A stretch of DNA of 64,000 nt from a bacterium (GTDB lineage Bacteria > Krumholzibacteriota > Krumholzibacteriia > G020349025), in the NCBI GenBank assembly GCA_031362565.1, contig JANLSU010000003.1, positions 32,001 to 96,000 of the forward strand, read 5' to 3'. Position 1 is the first letter of the stretch, and each line of letters starts with the position of its first letter. The translations under genes were made by a program, and so were the position numbers. Shown piece after piece: positions 50,221 to 58,085 of this stretch. A model generated the notes under the pieces. That model was not told the DNA's origin. It made no database searches and saw only the letters and a program-made list of their open reading frames with translations.

Positions 50221-50700
50221 CTACTCCTGACGCACCCACAGCACGCGCGCCTTATTCACGAGCCGGGCGTGGTCGCCTTCACGCAACCGGAAGAACCGCT
50301 CGGGGGCGTTGAGGAAGTCTTGAATGCGGCGCTGTCCTTCTGGAAGCACGTAGGCCACGTCGCCCGAGAGAGCCGTTCCATCGTCGAGAACGACCTCGAC
50401 GCGACGGTCGGTCTCCTGCTGGCGGGCGATTTCTAGAAGCGACAGTTCGTCGTCGTTGTACTCGGAATCACAGGCCACCGTCACCATCGCGATGGCGTCG
50501 AGGCCCAGAAAGACGAGGGTGTCCCCGTCCAGCGCCGGCAAGAATGTGCGCTCGGCGTTCAGCACGTCGCTCGGCCGTTCGTGCCCCGAGTGCAGTTGCG
50601 AGTACTCACTCAAGAACAAGCTTACTTCGCGCAACCGGCGCCCGGCCAGATGCACTTGAGCGCGGACGCGGAGGCGTGGGACGCGAAAAACTTCGGTCAC
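50221..50700 (-). CDS. Uncharacterised protein with two internal repeats (DUF6812-like), copy 2
   Basis: Ungapped 159-aa match to 48065-48544, about two-thirds identical by hand count. Confidence 0.85.
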   Translation of the reverse strand: MTEVFRVPRLRVRAQVHLAGRRLREVSLFLSEYSQLHSGHERPSDVLNAERTFLPALDGDTLVFLGLDAIAMVTVACDSEYNDDELSLLEIARQQETDRRVEVVLDDGTALSGDVAYVLPEGQRRIQDFLNAPERFFRLREGDHARLVNKARVLWVRQE

Positions 50701-50754
50701 ATCCGCACACTCCGGAAATCGACGCGGCCCGTTCGCGCGCCGATCTCCGAATGC

Positions 50755-50770
50755 GCAAGACTCGTTCCGG
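50755..50770 (-). promoter_or_regulatory. sigma54-type promoter, copy 2
   Basis: CCGGAACGAGTCTTGC, 14/16 identical to copy 1, 55 nt upstream of start. Confidence 0.6.
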
Positions 50771-50949
50771 CCGGCGCGACTCCCTGGTCGATGCGAGTTG
50801 CGATGCGATCGCCGCGGCTCATGACGCCGCGTGATGGCATCCCACCACCAAGAGCGGCGCAGAAGCGCCAGGTTCCGCCTTGGTGTAGGCCGCGGTGCAA
50901 ATTCGCAGACAGAGCGGTCGCGATGGCGAAAGGCCTGCCGGCCGCCGTT

Positions 50950-51486
50950 TCACCAGTTGCTCTTCTTGCCATCCTTGCTGCTGTTCGCCTGCAGCGTCGA
51001 CGCGGCCTCCTGGAGGGCATTCGCCAGCTTGGTCAGTTCCTCGTTCCCCGACGAACCGTAGCTCTTCAGCGTCTCGGCCTCGCGTAGCGCCGCCTGTAGG
51101 TACGCTTCGCCCATGTACTCGTGCGCCTGCGGGAATTTGGGCCGCAGCTTGAGCGCCTGCTTGTAGTTCGAAAGCGCTTCGTCGATGTCGCCCGTCTTGC
51201 GCTGCGTGTAGGCGAGCATGTTCAGGACATCCGGATTCTTCGGCTGCTGCACCGCGAGTTCTTCGAAGATCTTGCGCGCTTCACTGAACTGTTCGTTCTT
51301 GGCGTACTCCGAACCCTTGGCGAAGAGGTCGGTGTCGCTCTTCTCGGCCGGCGCCTGCGCGGCCGGCGCGGGCGTGCTTTTCGGCTCCGGGCTCGAACCC
51401 GAAGCATGCAGGGCGGCGGCCGCAAAAGTCACCGCGACCACCGCCGCGAGACCGGTTCCTGTAGTACGGTTCGAAATTCGCGTCAT
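50950..51486 (-). CDS. Exported TPR protein
   Basis: AAGGAAGG RBS; signal peptide; PDVLNMLAY, AHEYMGEAYL. Confidence 0.85.
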   Translation of the reverse strand: MTRISNRTTGTGLAAVVAVTFAAAALHASGSSPEPKSTPAPAAQAPAEKSDTDLFAKGSEYAKNEQFSEARKIFEELAVQQPKNPDVLNMLAYTQRKTGDIDEALSNYKQALKLRPKFPQAHEYMGEAYLQAALREAETLKSYGSSGNEELTKLANALQEAASTLQANSSKDGKKSNW

Positions 51487-51727
51487 GTCTGAACCTTCCT
51501 TTCGCGAAAAGCAACCAAGGCGCCGACGAAGAGCGGCGGCCTGCCTCGTGCGGCGCAATCTTGAAAACCCGCGAGCGCTCGGATGCGTTGCCTTGGATGC
51601 GCAGTATAGAGGAGGCACCGAGCGAGAGCGAGTCAGGCCTCGGCGCGCTTGCTTATCGTCTTGAAACCCCTTCAGGCCAGAGGAGTTCCGCCATGCGACC
51701 CGGCCGACCGCGGGCCCGGCTCCAGTT

Positions 51728-51742
51728 TGGAATGCCTCTTGC
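51728..51742 (+). promoter_or_regulatory. sigma54-type promoter candidate
   Basis: TGGAATGCCTCTTGC, GG-N10-GC, upstream of TPR gene at 51826. Confidence 0.5.
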
Positions 51743-51825
51743 CTTTGCCTGGAAGGAGCCGCACGCGGTGGCGGAGCGGCAGCGCGGCCCCATCGGAGGC
51801 CGCTTTGGGGTGTGGGAGGAACAAC

Positions 51826-52317
51826 ATGGAAGCGACCGACAACAGCCGTGATGCCAGGGCCCTTTTCGACTTGGCGACGGAGAAGATGCGCCGCAATCAT
51901 CTCGATGGCGCCCTAGCCGATCTCGATCGTGCCATCCGGCTGCAACCCGGCAAACCGCTGTATGTGTCGCAGTATGGTTTGTGTTTGGCGCAGCGCGGCG
52001 ATTTCGATCGGGCGCTCCAATTGTGCGAGCACGCGGCCCGGGCCGGAGCACGCGATCCGCTGGTGCTCGTGAATCTTGGCCGCGTCTATCGCGCCGTAGG
52101 CGATTCTTCAGCGGCCCACGAGGTCTTCATACAAGCCTGGCGAGCGAACCGGCGCAATCGCGCTGTCGCTGCCGAACTGGCGCGCATGGGAGTGCGGCGC
52201 CCGCCGGTGGTGCGCTTCCTGCCACGCTCGCATTGGTGCAACCGTGGGTTGGGACGCCTGCGTTACAGTTTGGAGCGGGCGCTGCGGCCGGACGTACAGG
52301 TTTCAGTGAGCCGCTGA
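51826..52317 (+). CDS. Cytoplasmic TPR protein
   Basis: GGAGG RBS; YGLCLA, NLGRVY, GVRRPPVVRFLPRSH tail. Confidence 0.85.
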   Translation: MEATDNSRDARALFDLATEKMRRNHLDGALADLDRAIRLQPGKPLYVSQYGLCLAQRGDFDRALQLCEHAARAGARDPLVLVNLGRVYRAVGDSSAAHEVFIQAWRANRRNRAVAAELARMGVRRPPVVRFLPRSHWCNRGLGRLRYSLERALRPDVQVSVSR

Positions 52318-52325
52318 AGCTCAAG

Positions 52326-53408
52326 CTACTTCGCGGGTGTTTCCGGCGCCTCGACCCAATCGGCCAGGTACAGGTTCGTATCGCCGCGCACCGCGGAGTG
52401 CCGGTTGCTCGCGAAAACGAGCCGCGCGCCATCGGGGCTGAACATCGGGAACCCGTCGAACGTCGGATCGAAGGTGATTTGCTCGAGCCCCGTGCCGTCG
52501 GTGCGCACCCGCCAGAGGTCGAAGTTCCGCCCCTTCGGATCGCCGACATTCGAGGCGAAGATGACCCAGCGGTCGTCGGGCGAAAAATACGGGCAGAAGT
52601 TGGCGGCGCCGTTGAACGTCAGTTGGCGGACGTTCTTGCCGGCGGCATCCGCCGTGTAGATTTCGAGCTGCGTCGGGCGAATCGTGTCGATCTTCAAAAG
52701 GTCGAGATACTGCTGCTTCTCCGCGTCGTTCTTCGGACGTGATGCCCGCCAGACGATCTGCTTGCCGTCGTGCGAAAAGAACGCCCCGCCGTCGTATCCG
52801 ACTTCGTGCGTAATGCGCTGCACGTCGCTGCCGTCGGGCCGCATCGTGTACAGATCCAGATCGTTGTCGCGGAGCGACGTGAAAATAACCCGCTGGCCAT
52901 CGACCGAGCACGTGGCCTCGGCATCATAGCCATCGTGATTGGTGAGCCGGCGCAGGTCGCTGCCGTCGGCGCGCGCCGAGAAGATCTCGAACGTGTGGTA
53001 CAGCTTCCACACGTAGCCCTGCGAAAAATCGGCGGGCGGCGGACAAGCCGCATCGGCCCAGTGCGTCGAGGCATACAGGATGCGATCGGTGTTGGGGATG
53101 AAGTACGAACAAGTCGTCCGGCCCTTGCCCGTCGACACCAGCTTTGTCTCGCCGGTCGTGACATTCAGTGTGAAGATCTGGTCACATTGGAAATCGCCGC
53201 GCTTCGACTGCAGAATGAGCCGCGTCCCGTCCGGCGCCCAGTAGCCTTCGGCGTTTTCGCCCCCGAACGTCAACTGCCGAACATTGCGCAAATGCACCTC
53301 ACGCCCGTCCCGTAACGAATCGGCGCCGGCACCTTCCGCTCGCGCTGTTGCGGTGGCGGCGAGCGTCACGATCGAAACGAACAGTGCGGCCTTCCAAGAC
53401 CGGCGCAT
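52326..53408 (-). CDS. TolB-like PD40 beta-propeller protein
   Basis: QLTFGGENAEGY, repeated GYD/FSxDG blades; signal peptide. Confidence 0.92.
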   Translation of the reverse strand: MRRSWKAALFVSIVTLAATATARAEGAGADSLRDGREVHLRNVRQLTFGGENAEGYWAPDGTRLILQSKRGDFQCDQIFTLNVTTGETKLVSTGKGRTTCSYFIPNTDRILYASTHWADAACPPPADFSQGYVWKLYHTFEIFSARADGSDLRRLTNHDGYDAEATCSVDGQRVIFTSLRDNDLDLYTMRPDGSDVQRITHEVGYDGGAFFSHDGKQIVWRASRPKNDAEKQQYLDLLKIDTIRPTQLEIYTADAAGKNVRQLTFNGAANFCPYFSPDDRWVIFASNVGDPKGRNFDLWRVRTDGTGLEQITFDPTFDGFPMFSPDGARLVFASNRHSAVRGDTNLYLADWVEAPETPAK

Positions 53409-53601
53409 GCAGTCCTCCTCAGCCCAGGTGCGCGTCGCGTCAACCCCTAGGGCCCATTGAACGCGACGTCGTGCATGACGTCAAGACGGGCTGGCATTCA
53501 CTTGCACCGGGCGCACCGTGCCGCGCATACTGCGCGTTGTGTTGCGTCGCGTCGACGCGACGGTGCGCGACCCCCGCCATGTTCCCGTTTGGAGTTCAAG
53601 G

Positions 53602-54501
53602 GTGCGAATTGCGATCACGGGTGCGAGCGGACTCGTCGGTGCCGCCCTGGTGCGTTTCTGGCGCGCCGCGGGTCACGACGTGGTGGCATTCGTGCGCCGG
53701 CCGCGAGCCGCCGCCGCGACCCACACCGCGCACTGGGATCCGGTGGCGGGCGTCGTCGATGCGGAAGTCCTTGCTGCGAGTCAAGCAGTCGTGCACTTGG
53801 CCGGCGAGAACATCGCCGGCCACCGTTGGAATGCGGCCCACAAGGAGCGCGTCCGTTCGAGCCGCGTGCGTGGGACCCAGACACTCGCGGCCGCCATTGC
53901 GGCGATCCCGGGAATTCCACCGGTCTTCGTGTGCGCCTCAGCCACGGGCTTCTACGGTGATCGCGGCGACGACATCTTGACCGAAGCGAGCCCCGCCGGA
54001 TCCGGATTCTTGCCGGACGTCTGCCGCGCTTGGGAAGAAGCGGCACAACCGGCACGCGACCGCGGCGCGCGGGTCGTCGCGGTGCGAACGGGGCTCGTCC
54101 TGGCGCGCGAAGGCGGGGCGCTCAGCAAGATGCTGCTGCCCTTCCGGCTCGGACTCGGCGCCCGCTTCGGCACCGGGCGCCAATGGATGAGCTGGATCAC
54201 ACTCGAGGATCTGGTATTGGTGTTCGACCGCGCACTGCACGATGACACGCTGCACGGCGCCGTGAATGGCGTCGCACCGGCGCCGGTTCGCAATGCCGAG
54301 TTCACGGCGGCCCTGGCGCGAGCCCTGCATCGTCCGGCGTTTCTGCAAGTGCCGGCCACGCTCCTTCAACTCGCGCTCGGCGAAATGGCCCAGCCGTTGC
54401 TGCTCGCGAGTGCGCGCGTCGTGCCGGCCCGGCTCGAGGCCGCTGGACACCGTTTCCGCTCGGCAGTTCTTCCCGATGCGTTGCGGGCGGTGTTGCAATG
54501 A
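53602..54501 (+). CDS. TIGR01777/YfcH-like NAD-dependent epimerase
   Basis: ITGASGLVG, HLAGENI, SATGFYG, WE, GRQWMSWI. Confidence 0.93.
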   Translation: MRIAITGASGLVGAALVRFWRAAGHDVVAFVRRPRAAAATHTAHWDPVAGVVDAEVLAASQAVVHLAGENIAGHRWNAAHKERVRSSRVRGTQTLAAAIAAIPGIPPVFVCASATGFYGDRGDDILTEASPAGSGFLPDVCRAWEEAAQPARDRGARVVAVRTGLVLAREGGALSKMLLPFRLGLGARFGTGRQWMSWITLEDLVLVFDRALHDDTLHGAVNGVAPAPVRNAEFTAALARALHRPAFLQVPATLLQLALGEMAQPLLLASARVVPARLEAAGHRFRSAVLPDALRAVLQ

Positions 54502-55454
54502 GCCCGAAGCCGCTGCGCTTGGGAGTTTCGGCGTGCCTGCTCGGACAGAAGGTCCGGTTCGATGGCGGCCACAAGCACGACAACTACGTTACCGACGTGC
54601 TCGCCCGCTGGTTCGAACTCGTCCCGATGTGTCCCGAAATGGACATCGGCCTCGGAACCCCGCGCGAGTCTTTACGGCTCGTGCGATCTGGAGCGGAGAT
54701 TCGTCTCGTTGCCCCCAAGAGCGGCACGGACGTCACCACCGCGATGCAAACCTATGCCGACAAGCGCGCCCGCAGCATCGCCCGCCAACAACTGTGCGGC
54801 TTCGTTCTCAAGAAGGATTCGCCGAGCTGCGGGCTGGAGCGCGTGCGGGTGTATGGCAATGAAGGCGTGCCGGCACGCGACGGGCGTGGCCTGTTCGCCG
54901 TCGCCCTGGTGCGCGACAACCCGGCCCTTCCCGCCGAAGAAGAAGGCCGCTTGAACGATCCGCGCTTGCGCGAGAATTTCTTGACCCGGGTGTTCGCGTA
55001 CAGCCGCTGGCTGGCACTCGAGCACGACGGCCTGACGCGCGCCAAGTTGTTCCGCTTCCACGAGCACCACAAGTATGTGCTCATGGCCCACAGTCAGACT
55101 GGGCTCCGCACGCTCGGGAACTTGCTGGGGTCCGCCGCCAAGAAGACCGACCTGAAGGCACTCGCGGCACGCTATTTGGAGCAATTCACCGTCATCATGC
55201 AACGGGTGCCGAATCCCAAGAACCACACGAACGTGCTGCAGCACGTCGCCGGCTACGTGACCGAACATCTCGACGCCGCCGATCGCGCCGAACTGGCGCA
55301 GACGATCGAGGCCTACCGGCTGGGACATCTGCCGCTCATCGTGCCGGTGACGCTCGTGCGCCACTATGTGCGCAAATTCGAAGTCGGTTATTTGCTCGAC
55401 CAGGTCTATTTGAGCCCGCATCCGCACGAGCTGATGCTGCTCAATCACGTGTAA
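54498..55454 (+). CDS. DUF523-DUF1722 (YbgA-like) protein
   Basis: GVSACLLG, CPE, KKDSPSCG, EEEGRL, KYVLMAH, YLSPHP. Confidence 0.92.
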   Translation: MSPKPLRLGVSACLLGQKVRFDGGHKHDNYVTDVLARWFELVPMCPEMDIGLGTPRESLRLVRSGAEIRLVAPKSGTDVTTAMQTYADKRARSIARQQLCGFVLKKDSPSCGLERVRVYGNEGVPARDGRGLFAVALVRDNPALPAEEEGRLNDPRLRENFLTRVFAYSRWLALEHDGLTRAKLFRFHEHHKYVLMAHSQTGLRTLGNLLGSAAKKTDLKALAARYLEQFTVIMQRVPNPKNHTNVLQHVAGYVTEHLDAADRAELAQTIEAYRLGHLPLIVPVTLVRHYVRKFEVGYLLDQVYLSPHPHELMLLNHV

Positions 55455-55463
55455 GGCGGAAAC

Positions 55464-56450
55464 GTGGCCCGCGAGAAGATCGGCATCCTGCTGACCAATC
55501 TCGGCAGCCCCGATGCGCCGACCGCCGGAGCATTGCGGCGCTACTTGGCCGAGTTCTTGAGCGACCGGCGCGTCGTCGACTTGCCGCGCATCGTGTGGTT
55601 GCCGCTTTTGTACGGCGTCATCTTGAACGTCCGCCCGGCGCGCTCGGCGAAACTGTACAAGCGGATCTGGTCCCCGGAGGGCGCACCGCTCGTCGTCATC
55701 GCGCGGCGCCAGGTGGCGGCGGTCGAGCAAGCGCTCCGCACCCGCATCGATCCCGTGCCGGACGTGGCCCTGGGAATGCGCTACGGCAATCCCTCGATCC
55801 GGTCGGGCTTGGAGTCGCTGCGCGACCGTGGCTGCACGCGCATGCTCGTCTTCCCGCTCTACCCCCAGTACTTCTCGGGCATCACGGGGTCGACCTTCGA
55901 TGCGGTCGCCGACACGCTGAAGAAATGGCGCTGCGTGCCGGCGCTCCGCATGCTCGGCGACTACCATGACAACGAGGCATACATCGCGGCGCTGGCGCGA
56001 AGCGTGCGTGACGTGTGGCAGCGCGACGGCAAGCCGGACCGGACGATCTTTTCGTTTCATGGCATTCCGGTGCGCTATGAAGCGGCGGGCGATCCGTACG
56101 CGCGCCAGTGTCAACGCACGGCCGGGCTTTTGGCCGTGGCACTCGAACTTCCCTACGAGAGCTGGTTGTTGACGTTTCAGTCGCGTTTCGGACGCGAGAA
56201 ATGGCTCGAGCCCTACACCGACACGACGTTGCGGACTTGGGCCGGCGAGGGCGTCCGGCGGGTCGATGTGCTCTGCCCCGGTTTCTCGGCCGATTGCCTC
56301 GAAACCCTCGAAGAGATCGCCATCCTGAACCGCGACATCTTCATGGCGGCGGGCGGCGAACGCTTGCGGTACCTGCCGGCGCTCAACGACCGGCCCGACC
56401 ACATCGCCGCACTGACCGATCTCATCGTCCAAAATCTCGCCGGTTGGTGA
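55464..56450 (+). CDS. hemH: Ferrochelatase
   Basis: NLGSPDAP, YLAEFLSDRRVV, PLYPQY, SFHGIP, FQSRFG, DCLETLEEI. Confidence 0.97.
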   Translation: MAREKIGILLTNLGSPDAPTAGALRRYLAEFLSDRRVVDLPRIVWLPLLYGVILNVRPARSAKLYKRIWSPEGAPLVVIARRQVAAVEQALRTRIDPVPDVALGMRYGNPSIRSGLESLRDRGCTRMLVFPLYPQYFSGITGSTFDAVADTLKKWRCVPALRMLGDYHDNEAYIAALARSVRDVWQRDGKPDRTIFSFHGIPVRYEAAGDPYARQCQRTAGLLAVALELPYESWLLTFQSRFGREKWLEPYTDTTLRTWAGEGVRRVDVLCPGFSADCLETLEEIAILNRDIFMAAGGERLRYLPALNDRPDHIAALTDLIVQNLAGW

Positions 56451-56527
56451 ATCGCGGCATGGGCGGCCCGGCGCGCGGCGCGTTATACTTGGGGTGGCCG
56501 CCGTGCCGATCCCCGTCCGGAGGGTCC

Positions 56528-58084
56528 GTGTTCCAGCGCCTCGTTTTTGGGTTCGCACTCGCACTCCTGCTGCGGCCGGAGGCTGCCCTTGGCACGTCCA
56601 AGGTGCAGCCACGCCTGGCGCGTGTCTTGACACAGACGCCACCCGCGGCGCCGATTGCCACTTGGGTCTTTTTCACCGACAAGGGCCCAGTCCAAAAGGC
56701 CACGCCTGACGACGTCGTGACACCGCGCTCGTTGCGGCGGCGCGCCAAGGTGCGGCCGGCGAATGCCCTCGTGGATGCGGCTGACCTGCCGGTGTGTGAA
56801 GCCTATGTGGCGCGAATCGCCGCCCTCGGCGTGCACATTCGCCAGCGCTCGAAGTGGTTCAACGCGGTCAGTGTCGATGCGACCGCCGGGCAGATTCAGG
56901 CCCTCCAAGCGCGGCCCGAAGTGCGGTCCATGGAACTCTTGACGCGCTTCCGGCGTGCCGCTCCCGAGATGACGCCCGCGCCGGTGCCCGAGAAGATCGC
57001 GCCGCGTGCTGGACATGGCCCGCGCTCGAGCGCCGCCCAGCCGCCGACCACGCACACCTTCAACTATGGCAACTCTCTCCCGCAAGTCGCGCTCTCGAAC
57101 ATTCCGGCCCTGCACGACCGTGGCATCAATGGCCAGGGTGTTCTCGTCGGACATTTCGACAATGGCTATCGCTTGCTGTCACACGAGGCGCTGGCGTCGT
57201 TGCATGTCGTTGGAGCGCACGACTTCGTGGATCACGACGCGGATCCGGCGCCACCCGTCACCGCGCCCGATTTCTTTGGCGCCCACGGCATCGGCACCCT
57301 CGGGACCATCGCCGGCTTCAGGCCGGGCCAGCTCATCGGCCCGGCGTTCGGCGCCGATTTTTTGCTGGCACGCACCGAGAATGACGCAAGCGAAACGCCG
57401 CTCGAGGAAGACAACTGGGTCGCCGCCATGGAATGGGCGGATAGCTTGGGTGTCGAAGTGACGTCGACATCGCTCGGCTACCTGACGTGGGATGATGCGT
57501 TTAGCGGCCAGAACCTGACCTGGCAAGATTTGAACGGCAACACCGCCATCATGACGCGTGCCGCCGACCATGCGGTGGCACTCGGCATCGTGGTCGTCAC
57601 AGCGGCCGGCAACGAAGGGGCAAGCACGCAGGGACACAACACCCTGCTCGTGCCGGCCGACGGGGACAGTGTCATCACGGCGGGCGGCGTGTGGATTCCG
57701 CCGGGCGCCACCGAATCCGAACGCTACTTCACGAGTTCAGTGGGGCCGACGACGAGCCTGCCGCCACGCATCAAACCCGACGTCGCGGCCCAAGGCGCCG
57801 CGGTATACATCGCCGGCACCGGCAGCACCACAGCGTACGGTTACTCGGCCGGGACGTCGTTCGCGTGTCCGTTGGTCGCCGGCGTCGCCGCAATGTTGCT
57901 CTCCGCCTGCCCCAGCGCGACTCCGCTCCAAATCCGCGATGCGCTCCGCAGCACCGCCAACCACGCCGCCAATCCGGACAACCAAGTGGGCTGGGGCGTC
58001 GTCAACGCCACCGCCGCGCTTGCCGCCTTGCAGACACCGGTCACGCCGGTGTCGTTTTCCGACTTGAAGAAACGCTTCCGCTAA
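56528..58084 (+). CDS. Secreted S8 subtilisin-family peptidase with SFSDLKKRFR tail
   Basis: Triad FDNG / AHGIG / GTSFACP, AAGNEG; signal peptide and propeptide; GGAGG RBS before GTG 56528. Confidence 0.93.
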   Translation: MFQRLVFGFALALLLRPEAALGTSKVQPRLARVLTQTPPAAPIATWVFFTDKGPVQKATPDDVVTPRSLRRRAKVRPANALVDAADLPVCEAYVARIAALGVHIRQRSKWFNAVSVDATAGQIQALQARPEVRSMELLTRFRRAAPEMTPAPVPEKIAPRAGHGPRSSAAQPPTTHTFNYGNSLPQVALSNIPALHDRGINGQGVLVGHFDNGYRLLSHEALASLHVVGAHDFVDHDADPAPPVTAPDFFGAHGIGTLGTIAGFRPGQLIGPAFGADFLLARTENDASETPLEEDNWVAAMEWADSLGVEVTSTSLGYLTWDDAFSGQNLTWQDLNGNTAIMTRAADHAVALGIVVVTAAGNEGASTQGHNTLLVPADGDSVITAGGVWIPPGATESERYFTSSVGPTTSLPPRIKPDVAAQGAAVYIAGTGSTTAYGYSAGTSFACPLVAGVAAMLLSACPSATPLQIRDALRSTANHAANPDNQVGWGVVNATAALAALQTPVTPVSFSDLKKRFR

Positions 58085-58085
58085 C

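Noticed and set aside
53492..53506. TGGCATTCACTTGCA as a sigma54 promoter
   Set aside because: GG-to-GC spacing is 9, not the required 10.
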